In this document: piece after piece, positions 25,301-37,300 of the stretch
Numbering within the stretch: the first letter of the stretch is position 1
Layout of the letters: every line of letters begins with the position of its first letter
Source: Callorhinchus milii
Taxonomy: Eukaryota
Direction of reading: 5' to 3'
Length of the DNA stretch: 64,000 bases
Assembly (NCBI RefSeq): GCF_018977255.1
Contig: NW_024704743.1
Coordinates: 38,318,001-38,382,000, forward strand
Made by a program: the position numbers and the translations under genes
The notes under the pieces: model-generated
Told to the model about the DNA's origin: nothing
The model's input: the letters and a program-made list of their open reading frames with translations, nothing else
Database searches by the model: none

Positions 25301-28300
25301 GGAGCTGAAAAGTTTACATGGGGTTAGCAGGTCACAGAAGTAGGAGGGAGCAAAGCCATGGAGGGCTTTGAAGGCGAGGACACGGATTTTGAACTCTAGC
25401 CTCTAGGGGATGGGGAACAAGTAGAGCCGGGTGAGGGTGGGGGTCCTGGAGCCTGGTGCAGGAGAGGACACGAGCTGCAGAGTTCTGGATGATCTGCAGC
25501 TTGTGAAGCAAAGAGTTGGGAAGGCTGACAAGCAGGGAGTTGGCGTAGTCGAGCCTAGATGTGATGTAGTTCATTCCTTTTGAGATATCACTTCCTCGAG
25601 CCCGAGATTGTTTTCAATCCAAGGGCAGTGTTTGAATTCTGCTTCAGTCTTGTCTGAGTTAAGTCAACCTTCTATTTTTGGTTGCACACAAACACCAATC
25701 TCCATGATTGGGAGCAGCATTAAAAGATAGAATTCTTTGGGCCCAACAATTCCTCCGTGGCCTTTACCCACGAGAGTAGCAGTGAGCTTGATTGCAGATT
25801 TTTACAAGCCCAGGCTTGTTCAAATTAATTAGATTGATCAAACATGAAGCATTTATTCACATCATCTCTTTCCTGCTTCAGGGCTACATAGCAGTAATGA
25901 AAGAAGACGGTGTTCCTGATGATATGAAGGGAAAAGATAAGATTGTGTTTGGCAATATACATCAGATCTACGACTGGCACAAAGAGTACGTAAACTTGCT
26001 TAACTTCATTTTTATTTCTGTGTGTTTACAACAGCGAGGAAGAAAAGTGATGAATTGCAATGAGAAACTGTTAGTAAACAGTCAAAGGATAGTTAGTGGC
26101 TTAAATCAGTCAACCAATACTGGGTTCCTCTCCCATTGCCCTGTAAGATGCCACTTTCAGATCTAAAATGACTTGTCATTGATAGACCAGGTGTCCAGTT
26201 GAACTGATGACCTTCCACTGTGAGGAGGAAGAATTTGCTGAAAATAATAATCAGAATCCTTAAACTTGATATCGCGCCTTTCACTTCAGGAGAACATCTT
26301 GAAATGCTTCACAGTTTACACTTACTTAATTATTGTGTATTGTAAATTATGGAATTCCATTTTTTAAAGTAAAACTGGTAATATGGAATGATTTGTTAGC
26401 AGGATTCTTGCTACAAGGAATCTGAGCGGGCACTCCTTTGGTAACCAGAAGTATATTACACCCACCAATACGAAACGTAGATCCAAGTTGAAGTGGCTAT
26501 TCCGTGAGCCAGTGTAATTCTCTTCTGGTTTCCTTGCACAGAATACAAGCAGCCTTTTGCCACTCAGCTCCTTAGTGTAAAAGTAATGAGTGTGATTGAT
26601 GCAACATTGGAAATAAGCTGAAGATAGTTGAAAGATGTGGGATCCAAAGAAGAAAATGTAAAGATTTTTGAGTTGCAGTGTAGACATTCTGCCTGGGATG
26701 AATTTGAGCCCAGATCCCAGAAGTGAACGGGAACCATTCCAACTTATTACACAACCAAATCACATCATCGTCTCCGTTATTAATCATTACAATGAGAAGT
26801 AACAACAAGATTGTTATTTTGTTCCAGAGTCTTACACGATTCATATTTTATCTGCTGCATTCAGCATTATTACTTTGTCCTCCCATTACCAGATACTGCT
26901 GAAGTAGACTACTCAGGGGCCCAGCAAGGAGCTATTCAGGTTTCTCCCATGCATAGATCAGAGAGTTTGGCAGCTTTTTTTAAAACTTTGATTAAGCTAT
27001 CTCAAGTCTTCTCTTTTCCAAAGAGTGAGGAGATCCATTTTCCTGATACCTAAAGTAATCTTGGATGCAGGTCTTTTGTATCTTCTCAAGGGCAAAGCCA
27101 TATTAACAATGATTTACGTTCCATACCTGACCACCACCTTGTCCACCAGCAATCTGGCATCTTCTGATGTGTTCTTTATCCCTCCAATACTGATCCATAG
27201 TACCTGATTACCAATTGCTAAAATGAGTTTCATTTTTTTATGTTAACATTATGATGTCTTTATCCCACTCAATAATCCCTGTAATTGGCAGGGACAGGAG
27301 TGGGGGGGGAGAGAAAGAGTCAGAAACTAGCAGCAATTATAAAGAAATTGCATGCTTCAAGAGTCTGATCTTTATTAGAAAAATAGAAGGATTTGGCACA
27401 GGCTTACATTTGAGAAGCAAAATGTGGTGTATACGATTGCATGACATTTATCTTCAGAAATAAATAGTCTTTGCAGAGCACAACAGCTTTACTACAGCCG
27501 GTGCTATATTTTGCATTAATACAGCAAAGATTTGTTCCCGCTGTTTCTATGGCAGTACAATGGTGTTTAATGAATGCCTTATTATCCAATTGATTTTTTT
27601 TTGCAGCTTCTTTCTTGGTGAACTGGAGAGATGCCTTGAGGATCCTGACAAGTTGGCTTCCCTCTTTGTCAAGCATGTAAGTTGCATTTTCTCCACTAAC
27701 TTTCTTTTTGTTAAGAGACACGTAAACAGTTAAAATAGATAAATGAGAATAGATATTACTATGGTAACTGTAACAGGGAAACAGGGACGTTTTGTATTTA
27801 TTTGGCTTTGCATCCTTGGACAAAAGCACTTCAGTCTGATTGATGTTACAAAGTCAGTCCATTATCAGAGATATACCAGTTATTGCTATAGCGCTGACAT
27901 GCATAGTTGACATAGTTGCATCTGTTGACAGACGATGACACATTTTACCCACTGACAATTTTAACAAGATGTAATTTCAGCTTCCTCCTATTAAGTGTTT
28001 GTTGCACTGAAATATGCAGCAAGGTGCTCCATGTTGAAACTTGCAGTTTAGTTGCAGTCAGTAGGATTGCCTGAGAAAATCAATAAAATCTGTCCTAAAA
28101 TTGCCTTTTGCAATATTAAACCTATGTCCTCTTGTCCTACTGCCTTATAGTATTCATTCATTTGTGGAGTCCTGTAGCTCAGTGGTTAGAGCACTCACCT
28201 TGCAAATGAGACACCTGGGTTCAATTCCAGGCAGGGCGAAACCTTGGGCAAGTTTCCTTACTCCACACGTCTGATAATAATCCCTCCAAAACAAAACAAT

Positions 28301-31300
28301 AATAAATTGGTCATTTTCAAACTACGACTGTTTGTAGGACACTGCTGTGGGCAATTGGCTGCCCCGTTTCGCCCACAAACATACAGTCAATTCACTTTAC
28401 AGTCTATTCTGTGAAGCGCTTTGAGAAGTCTAGAAGATGTGAAAAGCACTATTATCAGATGCAAGGATTATTATTGTCATTATGTAATATAAGCCATAAT
28501 CGTAAAGCTCACGGTTCAAATTGAAAATACCTCTTATATTGGGGTGACTTGACGATTCAAAGATTTATTTTAAAAAAAGGAAACAAACTGCTATTATTTA
28601 CACCTTTGTACCTATTCTTTTCCTTAAGGAGAGAAGACTGCATATGTACATAGTTTACTGCCAGAACAAGCCCAAATCTGAGCACATCGTCTCAGAATAC
28701 CTTGACACCTATTTTGAGGTGAGAAGTTTCAAACCAGGAAATGTTCATAAAGATTATTCGTGTGCCTCAGAGCAGAATGATTTCATTTCAGCTTATGGGG
28801 GGAGTCTAAAAGCAAATAAATTCTATTCAAAGCACTCTTCCCATCTATGTGTATGTTCCGTAACATTGCCTATCTCAGCCACCACCTCTCCTCTCAGGCA
28901 ACAAAGATCCTCATCCACACTATCATCCCAATCCAGCTTGACTACACTAACACCCGGCTCACCAGACTCTGCAGCTCTTTCCTATCCACAAGTCTGCAGC
29001 CTGTGTCCATTCCCACACCTGGCTCTGTGCACCTGTCACCTCATCCTTGCCCAGGTCAACTTGCTCCCCGTCCCCCAGCGGATCAAATTCAAGATGCTCA
29101 CCTCCAAATCCCTCCACTGTCTTGCCTCACCGTAACTCTACCATCTCCTTCAACCTTACTGACTGGCCACTCCGTTCCTTCAGTGAACACCAGCCTGCTT
29201 CATGTCCCTATCCTATCTGCCCCACCAACTGAGGGTGAGCCTTTCTGCCCCCACTCTCTAGAACTCCATCTTGGAGTCCCTCTGTCTCTCCCTCGCTCAC
29301 CTCGCTCAAGGTCCTTCTCAACACCTTCCTGTTTGACCACGCCTTCGGTCATTTTCCCATTCCCCATCTCCTTCGGCTCCCATCCCAAATTGAGGGCCCA
29401 ACCCCCGCAGTGTAAAGTACTGTGAAATGTCCTCCTGACATGAAAGGTGCTGTATAAGTGTATATTGCATTGTAAATTGTATGCAAAAAATGTATAGTGA
29501 AATGTTCTGCACCTATACTTTTCTCTTGCTCACCAACCTTTTTTGGGGCTTTTTGCTAGCTTGAGGCTTGCAATTTGCAGCCCACACAGCAAATCGTGTG
29601 ATATTCACAACCTGCAAACTGGAAATCACCTTTAATGCAAATAATCTGGTTTGTCAGAATTCCTGTTTGGACCCCATTTAAGCGCTCCGAGATATCATGC
29701 TATATAAGCTTGAAGTTGCTATATAAATGCAAGTTGTTTTATTTTAGAGTTTGATTTTATGTACCTTAAAATATAGTTATATTTAAGATTATAAAGATCT
29801 TTATTCTAAGATGTGAGTATCAGTTCAATGCAAATGAGATGTAAGTATAAATACGAGTATCAAAAGATTTACCGTATATTTTTAAAAAAGCTACACCTGG
29901 ACAAAAATAAAAACATTCTTAATTCACGCTGTTTAAAATGATCTTTTAGGATGTAAAACAACGGCTTGGTCACCGGTTACAGCTAACAGACCTGCTAATA
30001 AAACCGGTGCAGCGGATAATGAAATACCAGCTCCTGCTGAAGGTGAGTGCTTCAGAGAAAACTGTAATTGCAAAAATGTTCCAGCACCGATACTGCATAC
30101 CCCAGCATTATAGCAGCAGAGGCTTATGTCAATGACTATTTAAAGACACGATTCATTTTAATTGCTGTCTAGTTTCAGTTCACAGTTGTGAAAGCCTTAA
30201 GGCATTTTTTGTTTCTACCTAACAAGTGGATACTCTATGAGTTTTGATTACCCATTGGTATGATAATTTCACAAATCTGGTGTTAAAGTGGTTTCAGTAA
30301 AAGATAGAACAGCTTTGATCAAATTTAAATAAATTCAGATTTTTAAAAAAAATTTAAGGAGCTAACACAATAAACTCCTGGTAACTTGACACTCCAAGGG
30401 AAAAGCACTCAGTGACAATTATCCTGAGTGACGAGTTAGGCATATGTATATGCATAAATAAATGCAGCTGGGCTACTAACAGCATGACAACTATTAACAG
30501 CATGAGTTAACAGGGATTTACTGTACTTATTTGAAGTCAGGTCTCTACAGTTCCAGATCCACTTACAATAATTAATTCTGTTTCTTCCCCACATCCAGGA
30601 CTTTCTTAAGTACTCCAGGAAGGCAGCAGTAGACACAATGGAACTGGAGGTATGGTCTTAGCACATCATTGGTCAAATTAGTTGGCTACCAGACAACACA
30701 AGCAGTGTTCATAGATACTGTTGAGTTGAAAAGACAATTAGTCAACCTGTAAGAAAATACTGTTTATACATTGTGGATGTGTTCTGGGGAAGCGTGTTTG
30801 TAGTTGTGTGCTTTGCTACTGTTTGTTGTATTTTTGACAAACATTGATCTTGTTCATACCTACTGATGTAATTAATCGCTTACCTTTGTACAAACTGACT
30901 GCATATTATGATTGATTAATACATGCTCATGCGCTTGTTGAAAGCCCTACTTTATTGCTGGCAAATGTATTGTTTTATTTTCTTGTACATTAGGTGGCCA
31001 GGATCTCTGTGTTTAGCAGATTAAATATATATCTGGATTGGAAAACAATATTTTCACTCAGAAATATTTTGGTCAACAGTTTGGATACCATTTGTTTCCT
31101 TTCTTAAACAGTACTGTTTAAGGACTGCAGAAAACAGACTTCAAAATTACAACTGACCTTAAAAATGTTTTCCAAAATTCTGAATAATCTGAAATTGAAA
31201 ATAATGGCATTAACTCTAAAATGTAGCAGATTTGGGTCCTTAAAACTGATTAAAAACAAAGTGTGCATAGGCTGTGTTCACATTGCTATCTTAGTTTAGG

Positions 31301-34300
31301 ATATAGAGATTTTTATTTCTTAAGTTATTTGTTCTCCCTTTTAGTTAAAAGATTATTGCCCACAAAATATAGTCAATGCACTTTACAGTATATTCTGTGA
31401 AGCGCTTTGAGACGTGTCAAAGATATGATAAGGCACTATAGCAAAGGCAAATGATTATTATTATTATACTTGTGCTTGTACACAAACACTAATCTGCTCC
31501 AGGATGTGGTAGAATTACACCCCCCCCCCAGTCTTAGCTAGTCTTAGTTTTCCCAGAGGACAGTAAACTGTTGCCACCAAGTGGACAGTATTCAAGCAGC
31601 ATTGGAAGTCATTGGAACATGTTACCTTACGCATCAGCCCCTCACGCAGAAATTATGAATGGAAAGGGGAAGAGAAAGAAGTATGTAAAAATCCAGCAAA
31701 AGGTGACGAATTAAAAGACTAAATTAAATATACACAGATGTATACTAAGCAATAGGCTTTATCAAGACATAATGTAAGCCAGTGAGTTTTCACACCTATT
31801 TAGCTGCTTAGAAAATAACAAGTATTCACTACACAATAATGAAATTAAGATGTGAAATAATAAGGCCTTTTTTTAGAAAAAAGAAAGGATTTCAAGTTAC
31901 ATGTTTCAACCAGCTAAAAGCGGTGGTAGCTAATCATCTTCTTACTGTCTTCTGCATACAGAGAGCTGTGGAGGTCATGTGCATTGTCCCAAAACGATGC
32001 AATGATATGATGAATGTCGGACGGCTGCAAGGATTTGATGTAATTTTAAGATTTTATTTCCTGCAACCATTTTGCTTAAGGATGCTGTGTATATTACTTC
32101 TCGTCAACAAGCCTGGTTTACTAAATCTGTTCTACATCAGGGGGAAGGAATTGTTTCCCAAAATGCTACAGGGTGACCAAAAAAGTTGTGATACCATTTA
32201 CAATGTCTAATAAGTCTTAAAGAAAGATGATGTTTTTGTTTTTTTTAGACAGTAGGGTAGATATCACTACTTTTGTGGTCACCCTGTACATGAAAGGCAA
32301 ATCAGCTAAAAGGATAACGGAATTGCAAGCAGATGTGATTTTTTTATTTAAAATAATATTTGATATCTTACTGAAATGTATTTTTTGTCAACAAGGGTGC
32401 AGTACAACAGTATAAATAATTTTAACAATATAGGTCATATAAAGTCTCCCAAGAGAACTGCAGTGTGAATCAGAATTTGCCTTAACTTCAGGTGAGAGCA
32501 GCAGAACTATTGCCATAAATATTTTGGTTATCCAAGGATACTCAGTGGAGGATGGCAGTGTATTCATTTGCTGAAAATGTTTTTAGTTATAGTCAGGATT
32601 GTCAAAGTACATCTAAGATGATTTAGCCAGCACACTAAATTATTTTCTGAGCTGTGGAGAGATGCATGTGATTAAGGACAACTTTTGAACTGTGTATATT
32701 TGACAATTTTAGATAGGTAAGTGTTAGACAGGATTTTAGACAGGTCGAAATGCTGGGCAAGTTTCCTTACTTCACACGCCTCTGTTTACCTAGCAATAAG
32801 TAGTCAATCAGTTGTCAATCGATTGGCGGATCGCTTTTCGGGGGGAAATAATTCCTTCAAAAAAAAAAAATTGGTCACTTCAATCCACGACTGTTTGTGG
32901 GACATTGCTATGCGCAATTGGCTGCTGTGTTTCACCCACAAAATATACAGTCGATTCACTTTATAGTATATTCTGTGAAGCGCTTGGAGACGTCTCGAAG
33001 ATGTGATAAGGCGCTGTATCAAATGCAATTATTATTATTAGGTACTTGTGAAAGAAAGGGTATTTAAAGATATGGAGAAAACAGGGAAATGGCATTAGAA
33101 AGGACTACCATGGACAGATGGAAAGGCAGAGCAAGCTCAATGAACCAAACAGCCAATTCATGTACCCATATTCCAAAGCTTTCTTTTGTGGGAATACTAG
33201 TATAGATGATCATCTTTGTCTTCTGTTTTCAGGGAAAAATTATAGCCCAGGGAAGATTGCTTCTCCAAGACACCTTCTTAGTTGTAGACCAGGATGCTGG
33301 GCTTCTTTCACGCAGTAAAGAGCGGAGAGTCTTCCTATTTGAGCAGATTGCAATATTCAGTGAACCTTTAGACAAGAAGAAAGGGTTCTCCATGCCCGGC
33401 TATTTATTTAAAAACAACATCAAGGTAATTAGATTAGTGTTTAGAGTTTGTAATGTTTAATATGTTAACCCGTGTGCTATTTTTATTAATACAAGCAGTG
33501 TACATTTTCTGTTTATATGTTGTGAGGACTTATTTTATCCAGCACAGTCACAGGTTTGCATTAGCTTGCCTTACTTACAATCCAAATGATGGCTGATATT
33601 TAAACTCACACAGAGAATTCGGGCTCATGTTTTTGCTAACTATATTATAATCCCATGAAAGAACTGGTCAGGTCAGTCTTTACAGAGGAGTCATGCTATC
33701 TTATCGCAGACTAGTCATTGTACAAACTGCCTCTCAATCACACATCTCTAATATGTAATATTCTCATTTGGATTGGTTTAACATTTGCGTGGATACAGGA
33801 AAGAATCACTGATGATGAGTCCTTATTAAGAAACAAATGTTGAAACCACACGTTTTGGACCCCACTCAATAAAAGTATCACGGTTGAAAATGTTTCTCAT
33901 ATCTCCATTAACACAATGACTAATCCTGCAACAGAGTGTCTCATGTTGCCAGTATTTGATGCTCCCTTGTTTGCAGCTCTTACAACTGGCTGGCTGTGTT
34001 TTCAGGTGAGCTGCCTTGGCTTGGAAGAGAATGTGGATAATGATCCATGTAAATTTGCACTTACCTCACGATCAACCGAAGGTAGTGTGGAAACCTACGT
34101 TCTGCAAGCATCGAACCCTACAGTGCGCCACATCTGGATTCATGAAATCAACCAAATTTTAGAAAACCAGCGCAACTTCTTAAATGGTACTGTGGATTAT
34201 TATCTTTCATACCATATATTCAGCATAATTACAATCTTCCTCTTTAAACATAAACTCTTTAAACATAATCTCTTCAAGCATGATGTGACCATGCACTCCC

Positions 34301-37300
34301 CTGGTTAGCTTAGTCTGGTCAACTCTTGTGTTAAACAACTTCGGTACCATGCTGTGAATGACACATTTTATATGCCTTGGAAATGAAGGCCAGAGATAAA
34401 GCTGGGGGGATACAACTTTTTAATCCATTTTTGTTTTTTTAAGCTTGTTTAACGATATTCAAAAGCACATCATAGCAGCACTTGTTGTTTATTCCTTTAT
34501 AGTTACTTATGTTTGAGAAAATGAATTGCAGTTCACTCTTGGGCCATTAAACTGATTGATTCAGAAAGCACACACGATGTCTCAGCTGGAGTCCTCCACA
34601 CCAGTGCTCCAATCCAGCTGGATCATTTACAACCTCTAAATAGATTAAGGTTTTATTTATTACATGAATAATTTCAGACAATAGCCCCTTCCTATTGACA
34701 CTAAGATTGCAATAGAGAACAGAGTTTCCAGCAGAAGACTGTGTCACTGAGCACTAGAGAGACCCAATGTGGTTTATTGATTGTGTGGAGGATCGGGGAG
34801 GGTTTGTTTTGACATTGGCCAGTCTCTTTCAAGAGAGAAGAACTGGGGCATATTAAGATAAGATGACAACTCCAGTCAGAAGGAAAAAAACTGATCCATT
34901 TTAAGAAAATCTAGATTTTAAATTGTGACTGATATGAGTAATGACTGGATTTAAGAAACTGTTCATATGTTTGACACTCAATGTCAACATTTCTTAAAAA
35001 TTTCTAGTGCCACTTATTCCAAAACGCAGGTAAAACAACGATAACAAAATTGTGTTTTGTTCAGTGCTCTCCGGTAATTGTCTTGTGGTTCTGTTTCATA
35101 GTGTGTTTGTTGCTGAATGATCACAATTAAGCCTTTCCAATGTGCAGGAATGTAAGTCTGTAAAAGATGATCCATTACTAATATTTTATTATGAAACCGG
35201 TTCTGTGGCAGTTTAAAATGTGGCTGCTGAAACTTGTAACAAATCATCCCCTATAGCTTTAGCTAAGAGCACCCTGAAACCTTCTGCAACAGCCTGACTT
35301 GCAGTGTCTCAGGAAGACAGCCCTGTCTTAAGTCAATCACTTTAACTGTTCCATGTTTCACAATTCTCCTCAATTTCAGCATTTCTTTAAACAGACGTTT
35401 AAATGCGCTACAAAATGACACCTATCTTCGGTAAGATATTATTTTTGTAATGCTTCCAGTTATGACAAGAAAATTGTATTATTCCTCGTAAAGTAGTACC
35501 GCTCTCAAATAGGCAGGAAGTAACTAAATTTGCCTGAGTGTAACTTGCTCTCGAGAGGTCCTCTGTCCCATAAGGTTTATTTTTCTAATGTAACTTTCTT
35601 TGGCTTCAGCTTTGACATCTCCGATTGAGTATCAGAGGAATCACGTTGGCCCCAGTGGACCCAATAGCTGTAGCGGTGGGAGCAGCACAAGCCGTTCTCG
35701 ACCATCTCGGATCCCCCAGCCCATCCGTCACCATTCCCCAGTCCTGGTCTCCTCTGCAGCCTCAGCCCAGGCCGAGGCAGACAGGTTGACAGGTATGTCT
35801 CCTCGCAACCCTCCCCCGACGACACTCAACAGCACCTTAGATTCTGGCTGCAGCCAATCTGACAGGCACCTGGAGCGAGAAGGCTGCGAAAGAGACTCGG
35901 AGCAGATTCCCAGGACCAAGGTCCTCGAGAGCCCCAGGAAAACACTAACCAACGCAGGAGAAGGAAATCTGAAGGAATTACGAGTTAGTCTAGAAGAGAA
36001 CCGTTCGCCGAGAGGCAGTGTGGGCTCTCTGACGTTAGGGAAGCAACGTCCAGGAACCACATCACCTTTGAGTTCACCGCTGTCTACAACCTTCCCTTCC
36101 TCTCCCTTCAGCAAAGAGCCCTTTCCTCCTGGCAGTCCAGTTCTTAAGGGCTCCTTCTGGAGCTCGCACCCAGCTTCACCAGCCAGTCGCCCCGGTTCCT
36201 TCACCTTCCCTGGGGACACGGACTCGCTGCAGCGACAGGTCCACCGTCACTCCACGCACAGCAAGGACACTGATCGCATGAGCACATGCTCCTCGACCAG
36301 CGAGCAGTCGGTGCATTCCACCCAGAGCAACGGGGTAAGAGCGGAGCACGTCTGTCCTGTGAGCTCCTCTAAAACCTTCCCACGCTCTCCTTCTGTGCGT
36401 CAGTATCACTCTCCGTACTAATTCCTCCTGGCTCTTGAGAAACAAACTGCTCTGTTCCGAAACTTTAAAAGCAAATTGCCTAACCACTCATCGCTGTGAC
36501 TGTCTACCTGTCAAGATTTTAAAAACAACACTTGCCAGTCTTTACTACTAACCACTGCTCCTGCAACTGCCTCCCTAACAGAAGGCAAAATAACAGCTAA
36601 TGCAGACACTTGCAAACTTGTAGCTTCTCAACTTTTGGCAAAAAAAAACCCTACAGCTTCTCCCTTTTCCCTTATAGACCAGCATACTGCATATATTAAC
36701 GGGGCATTTCTCTGGACTGGTAGCGCTACTTTAAACTGCTAGCTGCAACTCTTTTCTTTTGCCAGTTGCCGATTCAATGCATCACCCCCATCTTATTCAG
36801 CCCAGTTTCTGCAGCTGACATTTGGAGTCCTCTGTTCAAGAAACTCTCCAGCTTACAATGTAAGACATTGAAAGTGCTAAGGATGCCAATATGGTCTGAC
36901 AGCCTCCGTCTGATTAATTTAATTTTAGACTTACCGCAGCCTTTTTCTGACTACATTTTGTTTCCAGCATCTCGCCAAATTTGTATTGCTTTTCCTGATG
37001 GATTTGGGGCACAGCAAAAGCAATTTTTATCAAATGTTGATCCAGAATATATTTTTCCATCATACTTCAGGCTAGAAACATTGTATGGATTACAGTGCAA
37101 ATTATCAGGTTGAGAAATGTTTCAAGTAATCTGACAAAAATCTTAGAAGCGTTTTTTTTTACATTTATTTTTGCCCAGTTAATATTTCAGTTACCCTCTT
37201 GCATGCTCACGAAGGATTGCATGTTCCTTCAGCTTCCTAGCATGGCATTTTGATAGGATGTTACGTTCTGCTGTATTGATCTTATTTGGCTTCAAATTCT

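Noticed and set aside
34239..34284. Three ~15-bp tandem units ctctttaaacata
   Set aside because: Ordinary slippage duplication in an intron; not a CRISPR-like array
35728..36219. 163-aa antisense ORF
   Set aside because: Shadow of the GC-rich TRIO exon; no independent signals
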